A stretch of DNA of 18,320 nt, from assembly GCA_039208735.1 (NCBI GenBank), contig JBCCQY010000181.1, positions 1 through 18,320 on the forward strand, read 5' to 3'. Under the pieces are notes generated by a model. It was not told where the DNA came from. It worked only from the letters and a program-made list of their open reading frames with translations, and made no database searches. Numbering within the stretch: the stretch's first letter is position 1; the number at the start of each line of letters is the position of its first letter. The position numbers were made by a program, and so were the translations under genes. The stretch comes from Myxococcota bacterium (GTDB lineage: Bacteria; Myxococcota_A; UBA796; GCA-2862545). This document shows, in pieces, positions 7,294 through 16,294 of this stretch.

Positions 7294-8596
7294 TGGTGCT
7301 GGATTGGCCCCGGCCGATCCACAAAGTTGCCGAGCCGATCGCCAGCAACGCCAGCGTCTTGGACTCCCGGACGAAGGCGTAGGCGATCGGCCAGGCCGTG
7401 GTGACAACGCCATCGGCGAACGCTTTGACATCGGGCAATGGGTAGCACAGCAAGGCAATGGCCACGCCGAGGGGGACGGCCGTCCAGCGGGGCAGCTGGC
7501 GTTCTGCGATCGCGACCAAACACAGTGCCATCGCCGGTAAGGCGAAGATCAGGTGATGCTCATAGGTGTAAACGGGCACTAAGATCATGGCGATAAACAC
7601 CGTAGAAAGCTGGCCAGCTCGAACGGCTGGCTCCGCTGGAGCGTCGCGGAACGCGACCGCCATCACCATGAATAAAGTCAGCATCGACGCTGCGGATAAT
7701 GCCCGTGAAAGCGGGCTCAACAAAGTACGGTCACCTGTTTCTTTCGAAAGAGTGACGGTATGCCACACACTCGCCAGGGAGTGGTTGCCGAACATCTCGA
7801 TCTTGATGGAGAGCCCATTGTAGTCGCCACTACCAAAGCGTGGGAGCACCTCAGTAAAGAAGGCGAATTGGTGTTCCAAGCCTACCAGCGGCAATGTCAG
7901 CCCGCAGACCAGCAGACCGGTGCCGATCGCCCAGCGTGCAGCCACCCACTCACCGCGCCAGAGCCACCACAGCACGACGAGCGCCGGTGACATCTTGAGC
8001 ATGCAGGCGATGCCGAGGGCAGCCCCGCCCCATCGTGGGGCTTCGGGCGAAACCGTCGTCCCGCTAAGGACCAGTGCCAGAACGAGGACGTTGGCCTGAC
8101 CGAGTTCCACGCCGTACGCGACTCCGTACATGAGCGCCGCCAGGGCTACGAACACCACTCCCACGGCACCATGAACGCCACGCCAACCCCAGGCGAGCGC
8201 CAGGGCGGCGGCCACCAGGGCGAGTTCCTGAAACAGCCCCCAAGCGAGGAATGCGTTGCCCAGGGAGAGCTGAGCGAAGGGCCAGACCAGCAGGAGAAAG
8301 GGGGCGGGGTAAAGGTAGGGGTGGAGCCACGTTCGCGTGCCTTCCTCACGGGCCGCAGCTTCGATCCGATCGAGGTCCCAGGGGTTGTCTCCGGCCTGCG
8401 CGGCATGGGCCGCGTAGTGGTAGGAAGCGTAGTCCCGACCTTCGGATCCGGCCTTGGGTGCTTGCTGCGGTGGCGCGAGAATGGCCAGAATATGCCAAAG
8501 GATCGCCGCGATCAGGACGAACCCCAACCACGCGCGCTGCGGGACGGAATGGCGCGTAGCGAGGGTCCGATGTTCGTCAAGGCGTTCCGGTGGCAC
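7244..8596 (-). CDS. Glycosyltransferase family 87 (DUF2029, PimE-like GT-C) membrane protein
   Basis: Polytopic hydrophobic protein with RDYASYHYAA, PYLYPAPF, ELGQANVLVLAL, MLKMSPAL, GNHSL and YTYEHHL motifs. The start is uncertain (GTG 8596 or TTG 8527). Confidence 0.85.
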   Translation of the reverse strand: MPPERLDEHRTLATRHSVPQRAWLGFVLIAAILWHILAILAPPQQAPKAGSEGRDYASYHYAAHAAQAGDNPWDLDRIEAAAREEGTRTWLHPYLYPAPFLLLVWPFAQLSLGNAFLAWGLFQELALVAAALALAWGWRGVHGAVGVVFVALAALMYGVAYGVELGQANVLVLALVLSGTTVSPEAPRWGGAALGIACMLKMSPALVVLWWLWRGEWVAARWAIGTGLLVCGLTLPLVGLEHQFAFFTEVLPRFGSGDYNGLSIKIEMFGNHSLASVWHTVTLSKETGDRTLLSPLSRALSAASMLTLFMVMAVAFRDAPAEPAVRAGQLSTVFIAMILVPVYTYEHHLIFALPAMALCLVAIAERQLPRWTAVPLGVAIALLCYPLPDVKAFADGVVTTAWPIAYAFVRESKTLALLAIGSATLWIGRGQSSTIRPEAPAGTTLADTQA

Positions 8597-10213
8597 GGTG
8601 GGCTCGTCCTCTGGGTGGCGGTGTTCGTTGTCTGTGCAGGAAGATTCTGGTTTCTCTGCGATGACGCCTACATCAGCTTTCGGTATTCGCGTAACTGGGC
8701 CCAGGGCCTTGGGGTGGTCTTCAACCCAGGCGAGGTCCCGCCGGTCGAGGGGTATTCCAACTTCCTCTGGGTCGCCGGAGGCGCAGTCCTCGAAGGGATC
8801 GGGATTCCCATCGAGTGGGCGCTACCCCTGGTGTCCTTGTTGTGTGGGGTGGGGCTGCTCGTGCGCATCGATCAGGTGGCCACGCAACTCGGTGTCTCGG
8901 ACGAAGGGCGGCAGGTGGCGTTGGCGGCCTTTGCGCTGTGCCCCGCGGCCGCGGTTTGGGCCACCTCGGGTCTTGCCACCATGCCGTTTGCGTGGGCGTT
9001 CTTTGAATGGGTCGTCTGCCTCGTCGTGCCATCGTCTTCAGACGTGCGTTGGCGAGCGCTAGGCATCGCGCTTCTTCTCGCATTGTTGAGGATCGAAGGC
9101 GTGGCATGGGTGGTCGTCGTGGCCGTCATCGGAGGCCTGACTCGCCCCCGAGCATCGTGGATGCGTTGGGTGGCGCCCGTCGCGGTTGGAGTAGCGTTGT
9201 ACGCCCTCTACACTGCGTGGCGGGTGGCATGGTTCGGTACTTGGGTGCCGAATACCGCACTTGTGAAGGTCGAATTAAGCCAGTGGACCCTTCTCCGGGG
9301 GCTGAAGTACCTCGCCGGCTTCGGGGTGGTGACGGTCGTGCCGGTTCTCGCCTGGATGGCGGGGCTGACCTTGCTCAAAGAGCGGGTCTGGCGGGTCTTC
9401 GTCGGCGTGGTGGCGGCCGTAGGGGCCTATGGGGTGGTCGTCGGAGGCGACTTCATGCCATTTGGTCGTTTGTTCGTACCAAGCCTCGCGTTTACCTCGC
9501 TGCTCCTTGGGCGGTTGGTCTCGGTGGTGGCGGCAGAAGTGCCCCTACGTCGCGCGATGGCCCAGGCGTTCATTGCCCTAGGGGCGCTTCCCATCGCAGG
9601 ACTCCACCCGATCCCCGACGCTTGGTTGAAGGGCCTTCACTTTCGCCACTCCGACAAGGAGTTCATGCAGGAGTTTGAACGGTGGGCCAACCAGCGCGAC
9701 AACGCCATTGGGTTCGCGCGACGTGGCCGGGCACTCAAGTCGATCGCGAAGCCAGGTGACTCGGTGGTGTCTGGCGCGGTGGGCGCGATTGGCTACGTCT
9801 CGGGACTCGAAGTGCTGGATCAACACGGTTTGGTCACCAAGGAGGTGGCGTATCGCCCGGGGCCGACGGGGCCGCTTCGGACCTCGCCCGGGCATGACAA
9901 GCACGTTCCGGCTTCCTACTTTGTGAAATACGCGCCGCGGTTTCTGTTTTCGCGAACCGTCTCGGGTCCGTTGGCGGCGGGCAAAATGAAGGACACCCTG
10001 ATCCAATGGGGCGTCCCGCCGCGGGTCCAGGATCGCTACGTTCCGGACTACTGGGAGGTCACCGCATCCAACGATGATGAACGAACCTTTCTTTTCGCGA
10101 TTCGACGGTGTGAGGACCACGAGGATCCGCGGGTCCTATGGGATGGTTTTGCCGAACGTCGTCGCACCTTGAACGCGGAACTGCGCGACGAACGGCTGAC
10201 CCAAGCCGACTAA
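8570..10213 (+). CDS. GT-C fold membrane glycosyltransferase, AftB-related (DDAYISFRY...VEGYSN family), 547 aa
   Basis: GAGG precedes ATG 8570. Motifs are DDAYISFRYSRNWAQGLGVVFNPGE..VEGYSNFLW, WATSGL, LRIEG, VPNTALVK, GGDFMPFGRLFVP and GAIGYVS...LDQHGL. The ORF-track start at 8171 overlaps GT87 extensively and is not used. Confidence 0.82.
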   Translation: MFVKAFRWHGGLVLWVAVFVVCAGRFWFLCDDAYISFRYSRNWAQGLGVVFNPGEVPPVEGYSNFLWVAGGAVLEGIGIPIEWALPLVSLLCGVGLLVRIDQVATQLGVSDEGRQVALAAFALCPAAAVWATSGLATMPFAWAFFEWVVCLVVPSSSDVRWRALGIALLLALLRIEGVAWVVVVAVIGGLTRPRASWMRWVAPVAVGVALYALYTAWRVAWFGTWVPNTALVKVELSQWTLLRGLKYLAGFGVVTVVPVLAWMAGLTLLKERVWRVFVGVVAAVGAYGVVVGGDFMPFGRLFVPSLAFTSLLLGRLVSVVAAEVPLRRAMAQAFIALGALPIAGLHPIPDAWLKGLHFRHSDKEFMQEFERWANQRDNAIGFARRGRALKSIAKPGDSVVSGAVGAIGYVSGLEVLDQHGLVTKEVAYRPGPTGPLRTSPGHDKHVPASYFVKYAPRFLFSRTVSGPLAAGKMKDTLIQWGVPPRVQDRYVPDYWEVTASNDDERTFLFAIRRCEDHEDPRVLWDGFAERRRTLNAELRDERLTQAD

Positions 10214-11892
10214 ACGCCGACGTGGATGCCCTGTTGTCGCATCGCTTCGGCCGTCGTGGGCTCGATCTCGGCCCGCTCCAGGCCTCCCCGAAGGAGTACG
10301 GAACGCAAGTAGGGCCAGGGCGCCTTGGCAATGGTTTCGAACGCGTCGGCCGGCATGCGATGGAACTTGCGAATGGAGAGGTGCCGAAGACCTTGGAGGT
10401 GGGGGCACCGGCAAAGGGCCCGGACCCCGCGCACCGTGATTCCGCGGCCTGAAAGAACGAGCGATTTGACGCTTTCGAGGAGATCGGACCGGCAGAGGGC
10501 TTCTACGTCGAGATCATCAAGGTTGGAGTCCGTCAAATGGAGTTCCGTAAGCCGGAGATCCGTGCGTTGGGTGAGGGTCTGTAGGGGGAGCCCGGACCAG
10601 GCTCCGGTGACGGTGTGCAGCGACCGTAGGTGCGCAAACGACGATGCATTGGCCGCCAAGGCTTGAACATCCTCTTGCGCCAAGGGGCCGGCCAACCCGA
10701 GGTGTTCGAGACGGCCGAGACCTGGCCAGGCGCAAAGGTCTCGCCCACACGGAAGGCCTGCGTCCAGCTCCGTGAGGTGGGGGGCCGCATCCACGATCCT
10801 GCGCAACGTGCCTCGAGCGAGATCTGGGGTCTCGTGAACGCCTGTGCCCACTCCAGCTTGGGCCGGGCCCACCATTAGCCGCCGCAACCCCTCGAGTCGC
10901 AATGCGGCGCGGTCATCGAGCGCCTCAAGGGCTCGGGTGGTTCGCAGCGACCACGCTTTGATGCGCGGCAGCCATCGTTGTGCGCACAGCGACTGGAAGG
11001 TGGGAGACTCAAAGACGGTCGTGTCGAGCGTGAGGGTGCCCACGGGTTCGGCAGGCGGCCCCGATTCGGATTCTCTGGCTGCTCCGGAGCCGATCCGAAC
11101 GTCCAGCTTGGTCAGATCGGGCAAGGCCTCTACAAGACGGGTGACTTCTGCGAGGCGCACCGGGCGAGCTCCGGCTTCTAGCCGTCGGAGGCTCGGCAAC
11201 TGAGCGGCCACATCGCCGAGATCCGGTATCGACGCCACCAACGAGAGTTGTTCCAGGCCTCGGAAGGCTGGGCCGTCGAGAAGCCTGCTTAGAACTGCGC
11301 CTCCGGTGGTCGATTCGAGGACCAGGGAGCGAGGGCGCCAGGCGGCTTGGGCAAGGTGGCGGGCGAGGATGACCCCCAACCCGCTGCGCAGGCGGATGCT
11401 GCGCAGGGTGGTCAGCTCGCCGGCTGCACGGAGGACCTCGCTCGACGACTCGTCGAGTTCGAGCGCCGGGATTTGCCGGATGCCGGGTCGTTGCAACAGC
11501 GCGACGACCTCGGTCCAGGGGTGGGCGATTCCGATGTGGAGCACGGACAAGAGAGGCTCGTCTTTGGCAAGCTCGGCAAGCCAAGCGCCTTCGCCGGGCA
11601 AGCCGCGTCGGTACCACACCTCGACCAGAAACCCGTTTCGGTAAACCTGGTGGACCGGGTCGTTTTGTCGGTCCAGCTTTGCCAGGCGAGCGAGCGTTTT
11701 CGCGTGTTCATCACGCGTGAGGCGGGTATCGAAGCGCCGTTGTTCCAAGCGGATAGGCTCGGCCCTCGGATCGCCCGCGTCCTCGAGTGCATCACCCAGA
11801 ATCGACCAGTCTTCTGGCGTGTCCCGGTCGAGCGCGATGCGCTCGCGAAGGTAGTCGAACAGTTCTGCGAGGCTACGGTTCGGAATCCTCAC
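10210..11892 (-). CDS. TIGR02996-like N-terminal domain plus leucine-rich-repeat protein, about 560 aa
   Basis: N-terminal WSILGDALEDAGDPRAEPIRLE and YRNGFLVEV, followed by many LxxLxL repeats (LTTLRSIRL, LEQLSL, LPSLRRLE, LPDLTKLDV, LTELHLTDSNLDDLDVEAL, LQGLRHLSI). Start is GTG 11892 (GGAAGG upstream) or ATG 11919. The longer ORF-track N-terminus is a shadow of the kinase tail. Confidence 0.75.
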   Translation of the reverse strand: MRIPNRSLAELFDYLRERIALDRDTPEDWSILGDALEDAGDPRAEPIRLEQRRFDTRLTRDEHAKTLARLAKLDRQNDPVHQVYRNGFLVEVWYRRGLPGEGAWLAELAKDEPLLSVLHIGIAHPWTEVVALLQRPGIRQIPALELDESSSEVLRAAGELTTLRSIRLRSGLGVILARHLAQAAWRPRSLVLESTTGGAVLSRLLDGPAFRGLEQLSLVASIPDLGDVAAQLPSLRRLEAGARPVRLAEVTRLVEALPDLTKLDVRIGSGAARESESGPPAEPVGTLTLDTTVFESPTFQSLCAQRWLPRIKAWSLRTTRALEALDDRAALRLEGLRRLMVGPAQAGVGTGVHETPDLARGTLRRIVDAAPHLTELDAGLPCGRDLCAWPGLGRLEHLGLAGPLAQEDVQALAANASSFAHLRSLHTVTGAWSGLPLQTLTQRTDLRLTELHLTDSNLDDLDVEALCRSDLLESVKSLVLSGRGITVRGVRALCRCPHLQGLRHLSIRKFHRMPADAFETIAKAPWPYLRSVLLRGGLERAEIEPTTAEAMRQQGIHVGV

Positions 11893-13651
11893 TGGGGCCT
11901 TCCGCGACGGTCTGCTCATCGTCGGGCTTAGGCGGCTCTTCGGTCGCAGGCTCGTCGGGGGTCGTGGCCTGGGCCGACCCATCTTCGGCCGGTGCAGGAG
12001 GAGCCGCAGCCGCCACGGGTTGAGGTTTGGCGGGATCGGCCAGGTCTTGACTCCCCGGGATCGGCGGTGGGGCTTCGATCTCAACGGGGTCGAGCTTGAC
12101 CGGGACTTCCTCGACGGGCGCCGGCTCGGGCACTTCGCGAACCGTGGCTTCGGGCGCGGGCTTCGGAGGCGGTATCGCCTTGGCGGGGGCCGGGTCATCG
12201 ATGATCAATCGAGGTGCTTCTTCGGGAGTGGCATCCTCGGGGGCCAGGGTCGCGGGCTCTTCTTCGACGGGTCCGGCTTGGCCAGGCCCGGCGGGACGGC
12301 ACAACTGCGCCTGTCCGTTGTCGACGCTGACGGCGTCGTCGCCAACCCAGCGCACGCTCCGAGTGGCGTCCACATTGCAATCCAGCGTACGCGACTCGGC
12401 GTCGTTGAGCTGGATGCGCAGGATCCGTGGTCCAGGGTTGACTCGAACTTCGGCCGGGGTGGCGACGAATTGCTCGCCGTACCATGCCGTGGCGCCACGG
12501 GGAATCCAAATCTCTACCCGAAGCTGCTCTTCCGTGCCTACGAACTTCACGAGCGCGAGGGAGGCAAGCAGGACGACGACGAACCCCAGAAGCCCCACGA
12601 AGATGTAGGGCGCCACGTTGGTGTTCGAGCGAGGGACCTGAACCGCGCGGTGCTCGGCCGACAAGGCATCGGTCACCTCACGAAGCAGTTCGTCACTCTC
12701 TTCGACCACTTCTTCAGGCGTGATTCGAGTCCGGGACTCGTAGATCGGCAGCACCGTGGTGCGGGCGAACTCGTCGAGCGCGATGTGGTAGCGCCGATCC
12801 ATCGCATACTGGAGCTGTTCGAGGTCGCGTGCACAATCCGCGGCAGTGGGACGGTACTCACGTGTGTAAGCACACATCCGGCGAATGAGGTCGCGCAGAT
12901 CTTCGACGGCTGGGGTGGTCATGCCCTGGATGTGGACGTACTGCAGCTGCCGATTCATGGCCTGGTCGTGGCTGACCGGGTTGATCGACAGGCTCATGGG
13001 CCGGCCGGTGAGGAGTTCGAACAGCGACATGCCGGCGGAATAGACGTCGACGGCTTGGCTGTCATTGACCCCATCGAGCCGCTCGGGAGCCATGTAGGGC
13101 CGCGACCCCATGACCACCGATTCCGTACGGGCTTCGCGCCCTTCGAACTCGCCCCGCGCGATGCCAAAGTCGAGGACTTTCACTTCCCCGTGGATCGACA
13201 ACATGATGTTGCTGGGCTTGATGTCGCGGTGGATCACCTTGAGCGGTCGCCCGTCGTCGCCCAGGGCTTCCGCGTAGGCCACGTGCAACGCGAGGCACGT
13301 TTGGCGAATCACCTCAAGGGCAATCGCGCCCGGCAAGCCCTCTTTGAACCGAAGCAGGAGCTGGTCGAGCGAGACGCCCTGGACGTGCTCCATGACGACC
13401 ACGGGCCGATGCGCAATCTCCATCAGCCGTTCGACCCGAACGATGTTCGGGTGATTGATGGCCGAAAGGAGACGCGCTTCGTCTCGCGTTCGGTTCAGGA
13501 TCTTCTCGTTGGTTGCGTAGGCCCCCTTCAAGATCTTGAGGGCCACCTTGCGACGCAGGGGGTCGGTCGACACCCGTGCCACGCAGACCGTGCCGAACGA
13601 TCCTTCGCCGAGGATCTCGAGAATCTCGAATGGGCCGGCCGTGCGTTTCAC
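11873..13651 (-). CDS. Membrane-anchored Hanks-type Ser/Thr protein kinase, 592 aa
   Basis: Motifs LGEGSFGTV, VALKIL, HRDIKPSN, DFG, YMAPE and DVYSAG. One TM helix (YIFVGLLGFVVVLLASLALV) is followed by a small beta-rich domain and a Pro/Ala/Glu-rich tail. The GTG start overlaps the upstream TGA, with a GGGGAG RBS. Confidence 0.95.
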   Translation of the reverse strand: MKRTAGPFEILEILGEGSFGTVCVARVSTDPLRRKVALKILKGAYATNEKILNRTRDEARLLSAINHPNIVRVERLMEIAHRPVVVMEHVQGVSLDQLLLRFKEGLPGAIALEVIRQTCLALHVAYAEALGDDGRPLKVIHRDIKPSNIMLSIHGEVKVLDFGIARGEFEGREARTESVVMGSRPYMAPERLDGVNDSQAVDVYSAGMSLFELLTGRPMSLSINPVSHDQAMNRQLQYVHIQGMTTPAVEDLRDLIRRMCAYTREYRPTAADCARDLEQLQYAMDRRYHIALDEFARTTVLPIYESRTRITPEEVVEESDELLREVTDALSAEHRAVQVPRSNTNVAPYIFVGLLGFVVVLLASLALVKFVGTEEQLRVEIWIPRGATAWYGEQFVATPAEVRVNPGPRILRIQLNDAESRTLDCNVDATRSVRWVGDDAVSVDNGQAQLCRPAGPGQAGPVEEEPATLAPEDATPEEAPRLIIDDPAPAKAIPPPKPAPEATVREVPEPAPVEEVPVKLDPVEIEAPPPIPGSQDLADPAKPQPVAAAAPPAPAEDGSAQATTPDEPATEEPPKPDDEQTVAEGPSEDSEP

Positions 13652-14925
13652 CGCGACTCTCCCCGCCGGCCACTATACCAGCGGCCCGCGGCATGCGAGC
13701 GCCCCGATCTGGTGCAGGCGAGAAGGCCGAGTGCCAGTCCGAGATACCCCCAGGTTTCGAGGCTTAGGACACCGAACATCGAGCGATCGTCGGGCTTTCG
13801 CGCCTCTTGCAACCGGCGTTCCTTTCGGATTCCCGCCCAAAACTCCGGATCCGTTTCGTAGCCGACGGTCCAGAACCCGACCCCGGCCCAGGTGGTTTGC
13901 TGCTGAACCCTCTGCATACGCTTGCGAACCGTGCCCAGGTCGCCGTACCAAAGCTGGTGACCATCGCGGAACCGTCGCCGGCTCCAGGAGTCGGGTTCGA
14001 GCGACCCGAGGCCCCACCCCGGAGCGGCATCGAACGTGAAGCTTCGGCCTCGCCCGGTCGCTTTTGCCGGTACGGTATCCGCGTTCACAGGCCATTGACG
14101 GCCGTAGAGGGGAAGGCCCAACAGAAGACGATCGGGATTTGCGCCCGTGGCCTCCACCTCCCGGATGGTACGCCCGATGGAGTGGGCGTTGACGTTCGAC
14201 CACACGGTGCCTCGGCCCGCCCGTAAGGGATCCACAGGTCCTGCATGACTCGAACCATCCCAGTGGTAGTCGTAGGCCATCACATACAGGTCGGCCTGAC
14301 GAGACAACTGGTGCAGGTCGAAGGCGGACCGGAAGCCTGCCGCAGGGACGGCGACGACCACCTCATCGACTTCGTCGGCGAGGCGTGCCACCAACTTCGA
14401 CAAGTTTTGGCGCTGACCTCGCGGAACGCCCTCAAAGTCAATGTTGACCCCATGCGCCTTGGTCTTCCGGACCCACGTCCTAAGTTCGTCCACCAGAGTG
14501 GCGCGAGCCTGGTTCGAGCCCAACAGGCTGGCCAGAGTGCGCCGGTCGAAGTTGGCGACGGCCAGGTGGAGTCGGGTTCCCGTTCGTGCACCCTGGGCGA
14601 CGAGCTTCGGGGCTTGTCTCCAGCGCTCCGTTGCATGCAAATGCCCCTGGCCATCCACTTCTGCCGCAAACAAGGCGAGGTGGGTCAGTGCCCTCAACTC
14701 GACCGTGAGGTCTCGGTCGGCTTGCCAGTGACCCAGGTAGCCGTATGTCTTGAGCGTCGGTCCCGACTCGAGCGCATCCACGGGTGGGCCGTCCGACGGT
14801 CGATCGTGCGGAGCCACGGTTCGCGGCGGATTTGCGAGCAGATTTGCGTGAGGAGACGGAGAAACGTCCTCTCTCGGCCCCCCAAAGGGCATTGCGACGG
14901 CCAGGGATGCAAGGTGCCAAACCAT
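13648..14925 (-). CDS. Glycoside hydrolase family 18 protein with C-terminal membrane anchor, 425 aa
   Basis: ATG at 14925 follows AAGGA. Motifs are LTHLALF, HGVNIDFE (catalytic DxE), VMAYDYHW, LLLGLPLYGRQW and GVGFW, with a hydrophobic C-terminal segment WGYLGLALGLLAC. Confidence 0.88.
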   Translation of the reverse strand: MVWHLASLAVAMPFGGPREDVSPSPHANLLANPPRTVAPHDRPSDGPPVDALESGPTLKTYGYLGHWQADRDLTVELRALTHLALFAAEVDGQGHLHATERWRQAPKLVAQGARTGTRLHLAVANFDRRTLASLLGSNQARATLVDELRTWVRKTKAHGVNIDFEGVPRGQRQNLSKLVARLADEVDEVVVAVPAAGFRSAFDLHQLSRQADLYVMAYDYHWDGSSHAGPVDPLRAGRGTVWSNVNAHSIGRTIREVEATGANPDRLLLGLPLYGRQWPVNADTVPAKATGRGRSFTFDAAPGWGLGSLEPDSWSRRRFRDGHQLWYGDLGTVRKRMQRVQQQTTWAGVGFWTVGYETDPEFWAGIRKERRLQEARKPDDRSMFGVLSLETWGYLGLALGLLACTRSGRSHAAGRWYSGRRGESR

Positions 14926-14935
14926 GACGGGTCCT

Positions 14936-15313
14936 TCAGGCTTGGGACACGAAGCGAGCCAACGCGAGACCCAAGCTGGCGCCCAGTACTCCGATGATCG
15001 TGTTGAAGGCCACGTTTCCGATGGCCCCAATCGCGTCTCCACTGTTCGCGAGCACGACGGTCTCGACGCTGTAGGTCGAAAACGTGGTGAACGCTCCGAG
15101 GAGGCCGGTTCCGACGAAGGTGCGAACTTCGGGGGACACCAAGGGCCCGAGTCCTGCCACAAACCCCAGCACGAACGAACCCACGACGTTCACAAACGCT
15201 GTAGAAATGGGCCAAGAGGCATCAAACCACTGGGCGGCGGCGAGTCCTGCCCCGTAGCGAAGGACGGCCCCGAGGGCTCCGCCTGCTGCAACGAGAAGCC
15301 AAGCGTATCCCAC
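14936..15313 (-). CDS. crcB: Fluoride efflux channel FluC/CrcB, 125 aa
   Basis: GGAGG precedes GTG 15313. Motifs are GGALGAVLRY, WPISTAFVNVVGSFVLG and GTGLLGAFTTFSTYSVE. Confidence 0.95.
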   Translation of the reverse strand: MGYAWLLVAAGGALGAVLRYGAGLAAAQWFDASWPISTAFVNVVGSFVLGFVAGLGPLVSPEVRTFVGTGLLGAFTTFSTYSVETVVLANSGDAIGAIGNVAFNTIIGVLGASLGLALARFVSQA

Positions 15314-15478
15314 GTCTCTCCTCCACACCGACGATCGGGGCGGACCTGATCCGCCGAGCCTGCAATATCGCCTCTTTGGGACCCGTAGGCATGATGTCGG
15401 ACCCGCCACGGTGCGGTCCGGTGAGGTATCGTGAGACGAAAGGCCCATGAACGCCGTCTGGGCTTTGGATTTTCCGCC

Positions 15479-15494
15479 CTGGGCTCACGCTTGC
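15479..15494 (+). promoter_or_regulatory. Possible sigma-54 (-24/-12) promoter upstream of pspA
   Basis: CTGG-GCTCACGC-TTGC has GG (15481-82), N10 and GC (15493-94) at the correct spacing, about 50 nt before the pspA start. The CACG after GG is not matched. Confidence 0.3.
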
Positions 15495-15543
15495 CGCGCT
15501 GTCGGCGCGGCGCTACGGAACCGACTGACGATGGAGCGCACGA

Positions 15544-16257
15544 ATGGGGTTTTTCGACCGCCTGGCCAATATCTGGAGAGGCTTCCTGAGCCTCTGGGTT
15601 TCCGACATCGAAAGTCGGAATCCCGAGGCGGTGTATGAAGCCGCCATTGACGAACGGGTCCGCAAGCACCGCGAACTCAAGAAAGCGGTGAGCGGGATCG
15701 TGTACTTGCGAAACAAGCTCTCGACCGAGCTTGAGGGCAAGGAGCGCGACCTGAAGGACGTGATGACGCAGCTGCCCGTCGCCATCGAAGAGGGTGAGGA
15801 TGAGGTTGCGTTGGTGCTCATCCAGAAGAAGGACGAGCTGACGTCACAGATTGAGACGCTTTCCGAAGAGCTGAAGAAAGTCAGTGATCAGGCTGAAGAA
15901 GCGAAGGCGGGTTTGCTTTCGTTCCAGGCTGAAATCGAAAAGCTCAAGCGCGAAAAGGAGCAGATGGTCGCCAAGAAGGCCAATGCCGAAGCGCGCATTC
16001 AGATCCAGGAAACCCTCGATGGTCTGTCGACCGACGCCGACGTCAAGGCGCTCGACAATGTCCGCGAGCACATCAGCAAGCTGCAGGCCGAAGCCGACAT
16101 TGGCTCCGAGATCCAGGGGGATTCGCTCGATGCGAAGCTCCAGAAGATCAAGGAAAAGGCTGCCAATCACTCCGCAAAGTCGCAGCTTGAAGAGATGAAA
16201 AAGCAGATGGCGGCGCGCCAGCAGGTCGCGACCGAGGGCGTGAAGAAGACCATCTGA
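15544..16257 (+). CDS. pspA: PspA/IM30 (Vipp1/ESCRT-III-like) family protein, 237 aa
   Basis: Amphipathic N-terminus MGFFDRLANIWRGFLS, then NPEAVYEAAI, AIEEGEDEVALVLIQKK and a long coiled coil. GGAG RBS upstream. Confidence 0.9.
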   Translation: MGFFDRLANIWRGFLSLWVSDIESRNPEAVYEAAIDERVRKHRELKKAVSGIVYLRNKLSTELEGKERDLKDVMTQLPVAIEEGEDEVALVLIQKKDELTSQIETLSEELKKVSDQAEEAKAGLLSFQAEIEKLKREKEQMVAKKANAEARIQIQETLDGLSTDADVKALDNVREHISKLQAEADIGSEIQGDSLDAKLQKIKEKAANHSAKSQLEEMKKQMAARQQVATEGVKKTI

Positions 16258-16294
16258 GACGAGCGACGGCCACCCGGGCGTTACGGAGCAGAGC

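Noticed and set aside
12020..13861. 613-aa plus-strand ORF
   Set aside because: Antisense shadow of the Ser/Thr kinase gene.
15314..15543. Fluoride riboswitch upstream of crcB
   Set aside because: GGCGAT occurs on the minus strand near 15368-15373, but the pairing TCGCC and downstream pseudoknot elements of the consensus are not visible.
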